Assembly: GCF_006345805.1 (NCBI RefSeq) | Contig: NC_043003.1 | Span: 98,270,001 to 98,334,000, forward strand | Direction: 5' to 3' | DNA: 64,000 nt | Source of the DNA: Octopus sinensis | Lineage: Eukaryota | The notes under the pieces: generated by a model | What the model was told of the DNA's origin: nothing | Database searches by the model: none | What the model saw: the letters and a program-made list of their open reading frames with translations, nothing else | Shown: piece by piece, positions 1 through 13,901 of the stretch | How positions within the stretch are numbered: position 1 is the stretch's first letter | How the letters are laid out: every line of letters begins with the position of its first letter | Translations under genes and position numbers: made by a program

Positions 1-668
1 CTGCAGAATATGTGGAGATGGACAAGAAACAATAATCATATTATCTCTAGCTGCCCAGTCCTGGCTAAGAAGGAATATATTCACAGACATGACAGAGTTG
101 GAACCTACATACATTGGAAGCTATGCCAACATTATGGAATAACAACAGAAAAAAGATGGTATAGGCACACACCAGAAAAGGTCACAGAAAACGAGAAAGC
201 AACCATACTCTGGGATATGCCGATATACACAGATAGAGAAATTAAGGCCAACAGACCAGATATAGTTGTCAGAGATCATGAAGAAAAAAAATGCTTTCTA
301 ATTGATGTATCAATACCGGCAGATGACAACGTGTCTCTAAAAGAAATGGAGAAACTCTCAAAATACAAAGACCTGGAAATAGAGGTAACTAGAATGTGGA
401 ACCTGAAAACAGAAACAATTCCTATCATAGTAGGTGCATTAGGCATGATAAAAAAATATTCAGACAAATACATAACAAAAACACCAGGACTTACAAACAC
501 ATATAACATACAGAAAATTGCACTACTAGGCACTGCACACATCCTACGCAGAACACTTTCCATACAATAACCATCAGAGCATCACAACAAATCACAGCAC
601 ATACCCAAGGCACACAGAGCTGCGCTCGGTAGTGAAGTGAAAGCACGCTATAAAAATAAAACTACTGA
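1..668 (+). mobile_element. R4/Dong-like (RLE-clade) non-LTR retrotransposon 3' end: CCHC knuckle, restriction-like endonuclease, 3' UTR
   Basis: Reads CRICGDGQETI/NHIISSC (frameshift near base 33), then RHDRV, ILWD, ANRPDIVV, LIDVSIP, KLSKY; stop at 570, short UTR, then a (TAA)n tail. Runs off the window start. Confidence 0.9.
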
Positions 669-713
669 ATAATAATAATAATAATAATAATAATTATTAT
701 TATTATTATTATA

Positions 714-932
714 ATGGTTTCAAATTTTGCCATAAGGGCAGCAATTCTGGGGGAGGGATTAAGTTGATAACATCGACTCCAGTTTTCAGCTGGTACTTAT
801 TTCATCGACTCCCACGAAAGGATGAAAGGTAATGTCGTCGGCGGCGGAATTTGAACTGAGAACGCAGTGACGGACGAAATGCCGCCTAGCATTTTGCCCC
901 GTCTGCTAACGATTCTGGCAGCTTGCCGCCTT
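714..932 (-). mobile_element. tRNA-derived SINE, family 1 (Meta-domain-like)
   Basis: Reverse complement starts AAGGCGGC..AGCTG and contains a GTTCAAAT B-box and a CCTTTCATCCTTTCG..GTCGATGAAATAAGTACCAG core; many copies in the window; flanked by (AAT)n. Confidence 0.85.
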
Positions 933-942
933 AATAATAATA

Positions 943-996
<54 letters not shown>

Positions 997-1260
997 TAAT
1001 AATGATAGTAACAACAATGATAATAATCCTTTCTTTATTAGCCACAAGGGCCCACAAAAATAAGATTGGACATTACAAAGCATGAAGGACAAAGTGGGGT
1101 TACATAAAGTATCGTGTAAAAAGTCAGTAACAATGAAAAATATAACAAAGAAAATGCTTATAAGACCCCAAGAAAAATCCACAAGCTCCACAACAACTAG
1201 GGCAACAGCCTTCTCCCCATCTTTCTCTCTCTCTCTCTCTCTCAGCCTTTGAAACTCAAA

Positions 1261-1367
<107 letters not shown>

Positions 1368-2059
1368 TATTATGTGTGAATTTGAGGTACGCATTAAAGC
1401 CTTGTCGACTATTTATTTCGGTTTTTTGTCTTTCGGCATTCTGTCTGCACACAATTTCCTTACACTCTTATCATTCTTTGGAAATTAATGATAACTGCAA
1501 ATTCTCGTGTTGTTACGTTTGATTAATGAGCAATGATATTTGCACTAAAGAGAAATTTAAAAAACACGAATGTTGAAGATTGACTAGTTCTTTCTCAGTT
1601 TTGATTTCAAAATTTAGTAAACTCATACCACTTTTGTAATAAATTTCTTTGACATGGCATCAACATAAAACAACTTTATTCTTTATCTTTACAAAATTTA
1701 CGATATTTTAATTATGAAAATACTTGGATTCTTTCAAACTTAACGCTGCAATCACTCTCGTACGTATACGCACACACATATGCAAATCCTTGTCAATATA
1801 CCATGAAAGCATTTACATATATAATGTATTGTATGGCGAAGACTACATACATATGTGCGTGGGTAGATGTGTGAATGACTTACGCATATTTATTTGGCCA
1901 ATTATTAAGACATTAAAATGGTTGGAAATGGCGCGAATGTTAAGCAAGATCTTATCAAGGGAACGCTTAGTAACTTCACCAAGACCTCGTTCTACTCTGA
2001 TCAGATACTACGTTGACAGTTTAGGATACTGTGAAACACTTGCAACACATATCTATGTG

Positions 2060-2136
<77 letters not shown>

Positions 2137-2238
2137 GTATGTTTACCCTTACACATTCGCACCCGCAGTCCATATGTAACACACATATATATATATAATA
2201 TATGTTTGTGTTTAGGGGTATATGTGTATATGCGTGCC

Positions 2239-2332
<94 letters not shown>

Positions 2333-2598
2333 GACATACATATATATACGTACATACATATATTTATTAAGAAAGACTTTCAAGATCTACCTGTGAAGAT
2401 GGTACGAAGGAAGTGGCTACTTCACACCATCTAGCCTTGCTTCCCTTCAGAGGAAGCAACTCATCATCTGATAAAGACTAGATTTATCAAGTAAAATCTG
2501 AAGTACGTAGCTGACCCTGTTTCAGATCATCTTCCGACCAGTTATCTAACAAAATAGTTGCCATCAGGAGACAAAAGCTGACTGTGCTTTTTTTCATA

Positions 2599-2657
<59 letters not shown>

Positions 2658-2679
2658 TATTATTTTTATTATTATTATT

Positions 2680-2926
2680 TTGTTGCCTTTGCACGGCTTC
2701 TAACGCTGGGGATGTACTACAGTGTCAGCTGATCACTACCAGTGAACTAAGGTAACACCTCTTATTTTTCGAGCACCTTCCGGAGTATTCGAGCAGTTCA
2801 AAGCAGTACTGTTTTCTGGAAGTGATCCACCCTTATTGCAGCCTCTATTTGTTCCGTGTACTTCCCGAGATTTTTACTCAGTTCCCAGGGCTCCGACAAT
2901 TGTTGCTACTACTGCAACCTTTTTTT
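2680..2926 (-). mobile_element. 3' remnant of R4/Dong-like LINE (truncated by a deletion in copy A)
   Basis: Matches 20163-20410, the 3' end of the longer element in copy B; abuts an (AAT)n tail on the minus strand. Confidence 0.8.
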
Positions 2927-2970
2927 CGATCATCAGTTTTAAGGCAAGCACCCATAAAATAATTATTATT

Positions 2971-3383
2971 ACTTTGTTGCCCACAAGGGGCTCAACATAG
3001 AGGGAACAAACAAGGACAGACAAAGAGAATAAGTCGATTACATCGACCCCAGTGCTTAACTGGTACTTATTTAATCGACTCCGAAAGGATGAAAGGCAAA
3101 GTCGACCTCGGTGGAATTTGAACTCAGAACGTAACGTCAGACGAGATACTTATTTCTTTACTACCCACAAGGAGCAAAACACAGAGAGGACAAACAAGGA
3201 CAGACAAACGAATTAAGTCGATTACATCGACCCCAGTGCGTAACTGCTACTTTATTTATCGACCCCGAAAGGATGAAAGGCAAAGTCGACCTCGGCGGAA
3301 TTTGAACTCAGAACGTAACGGCAGACGAAATACGGCTACGCATTTCGCCCAGCGTGCTAACGTTTCTGCCAGCTCGCCGCCTT
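2971..3383 (-). mobile_element. SINE family 1, tandem dimer
   Basis: Two units of CCCACAAGG..GTCGACCTCGG..GAACTCAGAACGTAACG; copy B has a single unit at 21912-22126. Confidence 0.85.
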
Positions 3384-3409
3384 CGCACAAATAAAATAAT
3401 TATATTGTG

Positions 3410-3537
3410 TGAGACAAACACCACATAGATGCACACCCACACACACACACACATACACACACACAAACACACACACACAACACACACACACACAAACACA
3501 CACACAAATACACACACACACGCACAACACACACACA

Positions 3538-3608
<71 letters not shown>

Positions 3609-3770
3609 CGGGCTTCTTTGAGTTTCCGTCTATCAAATCCACCCACAAGGCTTCGTCGACCCGGGATATAGTAGAAAACACTCGCCACTGGTGCTACACT
3701 GTGAGCCTGAACCCGAAACCATATGCTTGGGAAACAAACTGCTTACCGCATTGTTACGTCTGTATGCGTA
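3410..3770 (-). mobile_element. tRNA-derived SINE, family 2 (CORE-like), partial and diverged, with internal (CA)n
   Basis: ACGACGGGCTTCTTT.AGTTTCCGTCTA matches the full copies at 8391-8799 and 27437-27840. Confidence 0.8.
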
Positions 3771-4781
3771 CACTAATTGAAATATCCATAAACTTTTCTA
3801 ACTTTATTGATTTAAACAAAACCTATTCATTTGTTAATGATTGGCTTGAATTTTTCAAAGAATTTAAATCTCAAGTAAAATTTTTATTCACTCGGCTTCG
3901 GTCGATATGAGACAAGTAAAAGACATAAGGCATCAGTCTAAGATGCTTTTTGATAGGATCAAATATGGGTTTCATAACTGCAAAAGAACTGCTTAACCAT
4001 TCAACTATACATTCTTTCTTCCATCCATCCATAAATACATAAAAACGTACTTAAATACGCGTATATACAGGCATACATACATAAATTCATACATTGAGCA
4101 TACATAATGCATGCATACATACATACATACATACATACATACATACATACATACATACATACATACTTATATACATACATACATGCATACTTACATACAT
4201 ATATACATATAAAAATATAGACATGCAGGGATGATTCTCGGTCGGTTTCAATGATGCAGAATATGTTGTTTGATCAACTAAACTATTTGCTCATTGAATG
4301 TCCGGAGAATGTGGTTGAGTATCCCACAGAAACCTGTAACGTTAATATAATTCTCAAGTAGAGATAGCATAGCAAAAATGTTACAAGGTTGGCCATGAAT
4401 CACAGATATAGTCCATCAGACAGGCTTCCACAGAATTTCCGTTAACCCAAGTTTTGCTTTTATATCAGTAACCACGTGTTACTTTTTGATATATGTTTGT
4501 GTTTGGATTGTGGCATTGTACTGCGGTATGAATATGACGTCCATCATTAATCTTCTACTTTTGCATTTATCTTCTGCTATTTTACAACCAGTGCGGGTTT
4601 GTTTGCGACAAAAACCCCTAACAAATCTTTATATTACTGATGAATGGCTGAACATTCTACAGGAAATCAACCAGTATGTATCAAATAACAGTGACACCAC
4701 ACACACACACACACACATATATTACGGAGATGTACTTGCATAGCAAGTGACCTGATCTGAGTTCTTGCGCCGAAACAAATG

Positions 4782-5027
4782 CAATTGCAGCATGGAAGGT
4801 GTTTATAACCCATTTAAAAACATTCAAACACCGTTAGATTCACTTTAACATTTAAATTTAATTTGCCAAAATATTTTCGTCGCGTAGAGACCGCAACCCC
4901 TGTTCACTGACAAAATTCTGTGCAGCGTCAAAAATATTTTGTCAAATTAAATTTAAATGTTGAAGTGAATCTAACGGGTTTTTCTGTGATTTTAAATGGC
5001 TTATAAACACTTTCCGCGCTGTAATTG
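4782..5027. repeat. Fold-back (inverted repeat, ~95 bp arms); probable Penelope-type terminal repeat remnant
   Basis: CAATTGCAGC..GCCAAAATATTTT is the reverse complement of AAAATATTTTGTC..GCTGTAATTG; paralogue at 23457-23698. Confidence 0.8.
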
Positions 5028-5035
5028 TATGTATG

Positions 5036-5066
<31 letters not shown>

Positions 5067-5076
5067 TATATATTAT

Positions 5077-5158
<82 letters not shown>

Positions 5159-6018
5159 TTTATATATATATATAATATATAAATATATGTATATACTGCA
5201 TGTATATGTATATATACATCGATATATGGATACAGTACATGAAAGAAAACGTGGACACAATGAGAGACGAAAGCATAAAAGCAAAAACATAGAAAACGAA
5301 CATTTTTTTTCGAACAACGAAAAAAAAAACAGAGAACCGAGAATGCAACATAAAGAACATCCCCTTCATCAGTTGTCCCTGTTTCACATACTCCGCGTTT
5401 CGAATATATATATATATATACATATATATAGAGAGAGACTGAGTTTTGATTGGTTGGGAACTATATGACGTCAGTGAAAAATGCAAGTGAGACAGCTAAG
5501 CTGAGCTGATATAAACCAAATTCACCGAAACTATACGAACAGACACCAACCAAAAATCATTACAGTTGCTCCCATTGGAACACAAGGTAAAATCTAAAAT
5601 GAATTCCTCGCTTTTTCAAGAACATGAATTTTTTATATTGACTCTATTGAATGCATATCACCACTATGAACTACTACATCATACTCTTTAAACATATAGC
5701 ATGGACTCGCTTTACTATATATGAATTTTTATGTTTGACTCTATTGAATATTATATGAAATTTTTATATTTGATAGCATGAACTATCTTTTTTATATATA
5801 ATTTTTTTTGATAAGGTTCGTCATTTCAAGAACCGAAACATGTTATATAAATAATGTATATATAAAAATTAAAATTTGTCTAATATAGCAGCATTTTCAA
5901 ACTTCATTTTTTACAAATATATATATATATACACAATTGAGATTCAGTTGAATGAGGTGTTGAAGCACCAAGTCAGTCCGGTATTATCCGCACTCCTCGA
6001 AATAAGGTGAATGAAATC

Positions 6019-6324
6019 AAAATAAGCGACAGGATATCAAGTAGTGATGCAGTACGACCGTTTCAAGCGGCTCCATTTAATTGAGCAATACAATCATATC
6101 ATCAATATAAATGCAGTGCCATCTTCAGCTGCACAAATAAATAAATATGATTTTAACAAGTGGACACATTAATGTGTATTAGTTGTTAAAAATTCTATTT
6201 ATTTATTTGTGCAGCTGAAGATGGCACTACATTTAAATTGATGTTATGATTGCATTACTCAATTAAAAGGACCCGCGCGAAACGGTCGTTCTGCATCAGT
6301 ACTTGATATCCTGTCGCTTATTTT
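6019..6324. mobile_element. Fold-back element with a hammerhead-like motif in each arm
   Basis: ~130 bp arms. Right arm TGCAG-CTGAAGA...GAAACGGTCGTT-CTGCA (6210-6295,+); left arm gives GAAACGGTCGTA (6048-6133,-). Paralogue at 24840-25145. Confidence 0.75.
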
Positions 6325-6514
6325 CACATACATATACATATACATATACATACATGCATGTGTATATATATATATATATTATATATATATATATTATATT
6401 ATATATAATATTTAAAAATTGAGGGAGATAAATTAATATTAATTTTAATATCAATTTAAAACCAGTAGTCCAGCATTCAAAAAATCTGAGAGTCAGAGAA
6501 AATTCAAATATATG

Positions 6515-6792
6515 TGTATATTGGCAGGGCTGGCCTGCTAGGTAGCCGGCCAGAATGCTAGAAGAAGATCATCAACGATCAAACTACAAGGGAAATTCTC
6601 TAGAGGAAGAATTCAGCGAACACCAGAACCAACTTGGCGGGCAAGGACATATTTAATTTTCATATGTCCTTGCCCGCCAAAGTGGTTCTGGTGTTCGCTG
6701 AATTCTTCCTCTAGAGAATTTCCCTTGTAGTTTGATCGTTGATGATCTTCTTCTAGCATTCTGGCCGGCTACCTAGCAGGCCAGCCCTGCCA

Positions 6793-6799
<7 letters not shown>
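6515..6799. repeat. Near-perfect hairpin (138 bp arms, 9 nt loop), present only in copy A
   Basis: 6515-6652 is the reverse complement of 6662-6799 with about 2 mismatches; absent at the equivalent (TA)n in copy B (~25170-25210). Confidence 0.92.
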
Positions 6800-6879
<80 letters not shown>

Positions 6880-7169
6880 TATATCTTCAATTCATGGTGG
6901 GAACTGGCGGGAAAATCTTCATGAATTTAACCAGTATGTAAGAGCTATAGAGGTGACAAACACATTTTTTTTTGAAATCGTGAAAATGAGATTGTAAAGG
7001 TTTGGAAGATTCGAACATGTGTGTAGGCATGTTGTACTTCCAAACTAACTGTAAAAGAAAACTAGCAAGAAAAAATACAAACTTAAAAATAAATAAGAAA
7101 CTTCAACACAGTTGTGTGTTTAATGAAACATGTATGGTATGAAAGAAAAGCTGTTCCTCATCTGTACGG

Positions 7170-7253
<84 letters not shown>

Positions 7254-7479
7254 GTTTGTCTGTCTGCTAATGTAAAAAGTACATATATATATGTGTGTGT
7301 GTGTGTGTATGTTTGTATGTGTGTGTGTACACATGCACATAATTAATACGTATGTACACATGCACATAATTAAACACACACACACACATATTATATATAT
7401 ATACACATGTCTGTTTGCAAATAGACATGTATATATATGTACATGAATATATGTTTGATTATGTGCATGTGTACATATA

Positions 7480-7541
<62 letters not shown>

Positions 7542-7716
7542 CATGTACTTTTACATTGTATGTATGTGTGTATGTAATATAATATATATATACACATACA
7601 TACATATATACATACATACATGTACATATATAATAGGGAGAACTGAAGTGTCCTTTCCTGATTTCAAGGCACTTATTGAAGGAGCGGAGGTGTGAGAATC
7701 AAGAAGATATTTCTCC

Positions 7717-7760
<44 letters not shown>

Positions 7761-7941
7761 ATATTAGTAGTATTGGTGGCGGTAGTGGTTTTTTTTCTAT
7801 TGTTGTTGTGGTCGACTATGATCTTAAACTGACGGGGTGCGGCTGGCTGTGTGTCTGTGAAGAGGAATTAAAATGTGTGGTGAGATGTTGAGGACTGGTA
7901 GTGCCAGTAAGCAACGGAAAAAACATTCAGTTGTATACAGA

Positions 7942-7984
<43 letters not shown>

Positions 7985-8390
7985 AGAGAGATAGAGAAAG
8001 AAAGGGAGAGAGAAAGAAAGAGAGAGTGTGAGGGAAAACACTGTTTGGACGTCACGCAGTGGAAACGAGCGTGGAAGTCTTGGTCATGAGGGATTGGTTG
8101 GGTTGGTCGGATAACTTGTGGTTGGTGTAGGTGGTGGATAGTGGACGGAAAAGAGCTACTCGTAGATAGACAAGTGAGTTTTGGCCTGTAAGATATACGG
8201 GCCTATATGACACCCTATTGCTACTAATAATTGTAGTCATCATTTCAGCTCCGGGTCAGCTGTAAAATACTATGGTAGTAGGGCACTCAAGTTGTGATGC
8301 GGTCATTGTGAGCCATCGTTACATTCGGAATATTTCAGTTCCCTTCAGACCTGGTGGAGACCATCCCCATAGCATGTTCACTGTACTATT

Positions 8391-8799
8391 TACTCTTTAC
8401 TCTTTTACTTGTATCAGTCATTTGACTGCGGCCATGCTGGAGCACCGCCTTTAATCGAGCAACTCGACCCCGGGACTTATTCTTTTGTAAGCCCAGTACT
8501 TATTTTATCGGTCTCTTTTGCCGAACCGCTAAGTTACGGGGACATAAACACACCAGCATCGGTTGTCAAGCAATGCTAGGGGGACAAATACAGACACACA
8601 AACACACACACGCATATATATATATATACATATATACGACGGGCTTCTTTCAGTTTCCGTCTACCAAATACACTCACAAGGCTTTGGTCGGCCCGAGGCT
8701 ATAGTAGAAGACACTTGCCCAAGGTGCCAGGCAGTGGGACTGAACCCGGAACCATGTGGCTGGTAAACAAGCTACTTACCACACAGCCACTCCTGCGCC
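8391..8799 (-). mobile_element. SINE family 2, full length, copy-A-specific
   Basis: Starts GGCGCAGGAGTGGCTGTGTGGTAAG, has GGTTCAGTCCC B-box and (GTAAAAGA)n tail; CTATTT target duplication; empty site in copy B at ~26745. Confidence 0.92.
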
Positions 8800-9176
8800 T
8801 ATTTGTATCGATTTTGCTAGCTAATGCGAGTCTTGCCGACGCAGACTAACATCAGTCTATTGTTTGATCTAGTTCTCTTACTCTTTCTCTCTGTCTGTCT
8901 CTCTCTTTATCTCTATCTCTTTCTCTCACTCTCTCTCACACAAACATCGTCAGTGGATCATATATATATCCGAAAAAGAAGCAAATTTCAAAGGTTAGAG
9001 CAATAACGTATTTATATAAAGTTAAATATATGTCCGGTCATAGAGTGACCAATGGTTTCGCATCCATAAAGTGCTTAGCTTTATTGACGACTCGTCAAAC
9101 TCTAATGGCCGAGGGCATATAAGCCCTATATAGTTATATATATATATATATATAATATATATATTATATATATATA

Positions 9177-9230
<54 letters not shown>

Positions 9231-9954
9231 GTGTGTGTATAATTCTTATTATCAGTCGCCCTTAGACGAAACCATTACATCTTCATAAGCAATATTGTTA
9301 GCTGGTTGTTGCAAGTCCTGGTTGAACGGTTTTTATTTTAGAGATTTCCTTAGATAAATTGTTTTCACAAAAACTGGTCACCAGCTTCTAATCTTGACTA
9401 TACAGGGCGGTTTGGGTTCCTCCGCCCATCGATCGGTTTTCTTTTTCATACAGCAGGGTGTCCAAAAAAATCACCTCCCTCATCAAGCTTCTCTGAACAG
9501 GCTGATCTTATGCATTTTCGATTCAGGCATTCCCAACTCATTCACTTTCCCTTTTCCTGTCACCCATATTGTGTGTCTAATCCAAAGCCGTGCATTAACT
9601 AAAATGCCACCCCACCCATCCCTCATGATTTACCAGCAGACATCAATTTGCAACTATCGAAATGGACAAATAGCCGCCTCGTTCTTACCAGTTTTTGTAG
9701 TGTTGGGTATACAACAATCCTATATTGCTGTGCGTAGAAAGTAGAAGAACATGCATCTGCTAATTGTCAGTGTAAACGTCTGATCTCTCTCTCTCCTCCT
9801 TTCTCTGTCTTTCCTTCTCTCCTTTCTCTCCATTTCCTTACTCCTTACATGCGCATTGAAAGTCATTAACTGCTATGATACTATCACTATGTCTCTGCTT
9901 TTGGTGAAACGCTGACAGGTCATTTAGTTAGATGATTACTGTGTGGAAATCTAT

Positions 9955-10213
9955 ATTCTTTTACTTGTTTCAGTCATTTGACTGCGGCCATGTTGGAGCA
10001 CCGCCTTTAGTCGAGCAACTCGACCCCGGGACTTATTCTTTTGTAAGCCCAGTACTTAGTCTATCGGTCTCTTTTGCCGAACCGCTAAGTAACGGGGACA
10101 TAAACACACCAGCATCGGTTGTCAAGCAATGCTAGGGGGACAAACACAGACATAAAAACACACACACGCATATATATATATATATATATATATCTATATA
10201 TATATATATATAT

Positions 10214-10251
<38 letters not shown>

Positions 10252-10445
10252 TATATACATATATACGACGGGCTTCTTTCAGTTTCCGTCTACCAATCCA
10301 CTCACAAAGCTTTGGTCGGCCCGAGGCTATAGTAGAAGGTACCACTAGGCTATAGCAGAACGTGCCAAGGTGCCACGCAGTGGGACTGAACCCGGAACCA
10401 TGTGGTTGGTAAACAAGCTACTTACCACACAGCCACTCCTGAGCC
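9955..10445 (-). mobile_element. SINE family 2, full length, copy-A-specific
   Basis: Same consensus; CTAT on both sides; empty site GGAAATCTATGTTGCAAG in copy B at ~28553-28570. Confidence 0.9.
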
Positions 10446-11482
10446 TATGTTGCAAGTTGAACCTTTTATGTATGCATTTATAGTTTATTATTTATGAAAT
10501 AATAATAAAGAACAATCACTCTATTTATTCAATCCATTTAAGTAACGTTTGCCACAAGTAACTATAAAGCTGTCAATTGATTTTTCCACGGGTACCAACC
10601 GATTTATTACTTGAATAGAAAGAGTGTGAAATAAGTCTTTGATTGCATATAGGCTATCTAAAAATACGAATTACAACTGTATGAATAAGGATTTAGGTGG
10701 GGATAATACAGATAATTACGCATGTATTGGTCTAAAGAAATAGAAACTAGTCATGAGATGATGAATATTTATGCAAGAGAGTATCCAGTTTTTTTGCAGT
10801 GTCAGAAAATGTCAGGAGTGTATTTCTTTGATGCAAAGTAAAATGAGAATATAGATCTTTCTTTTAAAGTAATTCCAGTACTCGGAATGTATGGGTATTT
10901 CAACCACATGATTTCGGGTTCAGTACCAATGCATGGCACCGTGAGCAGTTGTCTTCTACTCGGGTCGACCAAAGTGAGTGGATTTGGCAGTATATGTATG
11001 TATATATATATATATAGGAATAGAATATATATATAAAAGAAGTCAACACAAAAGTACTCAATCTCACAAGTGTCTATTAGTAATGTTGTTTGTTCTTTCT
11101 CGAGCCATGCCTGGCTCGTAAGGACCGGTTTTCTGGTTTCATTGGAGTATATGCTCCCCACCTGAACGGAACGTCGGTTCGTCGCAGGTGAGCTGGTAGA
11201 TGCAGGATAAAATAGTGCGACAAAATTGTGGCGAAAGAGTCAGAAGAAGTTCACTATTTAAAATGCAACAGAATTTTAAAATGGGTCATTCCAAAGGGTC
11301 ATTAAATTCTGTTGGATTTTACTCATAAGGTATTGGAATCTTACATATATACCATTCTGCCTAAAAAATGGATCTGCAACTTCAATATCCCTACATATCT
11401 CACATCTATTTTCTTTCCTCCATCTCACTCTCTATTTTGTATCCTATCTAAATTAACTATTACTTAACCATCCTCTCCCACC

Positions 11483-11530
11483 GTCTCCAATGAAGGGATA
11501 TGATAAATATCCTGGAAACAGCTGTAAGAC
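11483..11530 (+). ncRNA. Degenerate minimal hammerhead-like motif
   Basis: GTCT..ATGAAG-GGATAT/ATATCC-TG-GAA-ACAGCTGT-A-AGAC; palindromic helix III; core 5' strand is non-canonical. Paralogue at 29630-29681. Confidence 0.5.
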
Positions 11531-11611
11531 CTTCTATTTATAAATGTTCTAAAATCTACACAGCCTTGTTATTTTTATCTCATTACGCAAAAAATTCTTA
11601 CACACACACAC

Positions 11612-12347
11612 ATAATAAGGGTGAAAAATTGAATATTAATTTGATTAATATCAATTTAAAACCAGTGGCCTAGCATATTGAAAAATCTGAAGATTCAGAA
11701 AAATTATATTACATATCGTGACGTATATTTGCCATTTAAATATGGCTAAACCCTAAGGGTGGATGCTACTGTAGTTTGTAGCCCCAGGAGGACACCTCCT
11801 TCAGCTGGCTATAGACACACTTTCTGTGCCTTATCAGTATTTGCAAAAAGGAAACCATCCTTCCCGTCTCCAACTTATGATACACACGGACTCGAGTTTC
11901 TAGGTATTGACCCGTCATCGGCGTGTGACAATCACAGTTGTCGATGAAAAGTAGGTTCCCTTCACAAATACATATACTTTTTCCAGTATCGTAAAGACAT
12001 GATATCGAAAAGTGTAAACAAGCAATAATAAATCTTAGAGCGAGTTATAAACAGTAGCTACAACACATCGTGACGTATATTTGCCATTTGAATATGGCTA
12101 ACCCCTAAGGGTGGATGCTACTGTAGTTTGTGGCAAATATACGTCACGATGTGTTGTAGCTACTGTTTATAACTCGCTCTAAGATTTATTATATAATTAC
12201 ATACATATAATTATAATTATATTATATACATATAATTATAATTATATGTAATATAATTTTTCTGAGTCTTCAGATTTTTCAATATGCTAGACCGCTGGTT
12301 TTAAATTTATATTAATCAAATTAATATTCAATTTTTCACTCTTATTA
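11612..12347. mobile_element. Nested inverted/direct-repeat element (Penelope-type rearranged termini)
   Basis: Outer inverted repeat 11612-11716 / 12245-12347; direct repeat ~11717-11780 / 12068-12131; inner hairpin ~12024-12086 / 12131-12192. Paralogue at ~29770-30490. Confidence 0.75.
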
Positions 12348-12626
12348 TTTAAATTTATATATGTATATATATGATCAGACTCCAAAGAAAATGATTTTGG
12401 TGCGCGTGAGCGCGATTTGTATTATTTGATAAAATCGATACATTACAATGAATGAACTTGTCGTAAGAAGTTGAAAATTTAACGTTTCGACAGAGTTCTT
12501 CTTCACTAAAAAGTTGAAAGGAGGGAAATTAATGAAGGACGGCTGAGTTTTATATCCTCAAAGTTAGAGAAACTCGTTGCAACGGATATGGAACATAGGA
12601 CCATGGGAGCGTCGTACATGAATGGT

Positions 12627-12668
<42 letters not shown>

Positions 12669-12893
12669 GAGGGAGAGGGGGAGAGAGAAGTAGAAGGAGA
12701 CTGGAATTGAAAGGAAGCGGGTGAAATTGAGATTTAAGTGAAGGGAAAATATGAAGTGGGAGGGGAAGTTGAAGGTTACAAAAAGGGTTTCATTCTAGGA
12801 GTTGAAAGAAAAATGTTCATACGGATAGTCATATATATATACACATAGGCAGACCGGCACACACACATACACACGCACGCGCACACACATACA

Positions 12894-12951
<58 letters not shown>

Positions 12952-12956
<5 letters not shown>

Positions 12957-13353
12957 AAGCACATATGTTTCTATGTTGTTGAAACAGTACTCAGAATCGT
13001 GAGAAAAAATTTCCCCTAAATCTAATCATTAGAAGTATTAGTTTTATCTTAGAAAACAAAAAAATGTTGAATAGTGACAATAATAATAGTACTATTACTA
13101 TTAATATGACCACTAATGAATCGACATTGTAGCCAACGCCACAACCTCTATCCCCCCACCCCACGACCTGTCTCCAGTTGCCACGCTCAGAGTCTCTCGA
13201 AATATCAACCAACTCCATATCTACAACGCTACTGAGGGCAACTGGACACCACTCACACTTAATTGTACCACATACGCAAATAGCACATTTTGCACATTCT
13301 ACTTAGTAATCCTTTACTGACCACCATTAATGACGATTACTTGGCTATAGAGA

Positions 13354-13429
<76 letters not shown>

Positions 13430-13439
13430 GCATATATAT

Positions 13440-13477
<38 letters not shown>

Positions 13478-13901
13478 CACACACACACACACACACACAG
13501 AGAAGCACATATGTTTCTATGTTGTTGAAACAGTACTCAGAATCGTGAGAAAAAATTTCCCCTAAATCTAATCATTAGAAGTATTAGTTTTATCTTAGAA
13601 AACAAAAAAATGTTGAATAGTGACAATAATAATAGTTACTATTACTATTAATATGACCACTAATGAATCGACATTGTAGCCAACGCCACAACCTCTATCC
13701 CCCCACCCCACGACCTGTCTCCAGTTGCCACGCTCAGAGTCTCTCGAAATATCAACCAACTCCATATCTACAACGCTACTGAGGGCAACTGGACACCACT
13801 CACACTTAATTGTACCACATACGCAAATAGCACATTTTGCACATTCTACTTAGTAATTCCTTTACTGACCACCATTAATGACGATTACTTGGCTATAGAG
13901 A

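Noticed and set aside
2370-2595. Well-conserved unique block at the start of both duplicates as a possible exon (SDDELLPLKGSKARWCEV.., minus strand)
   Set aside because: Short frames with no recognisable domain and no partner exons; conservation is explained by the duplication. RNA-seq would be needed.
8391-8799. tRNA gene calls at A/B-box sequences
   Set aside because: These are SINE heads without a full cloverleaf and are followed by SINE body and tail.
9394-9744. 116 aa ORF in unique-looking sequence
   Set aside because: The paralogue at 28007-28195 is frameshifted, and no domain is recognisable.
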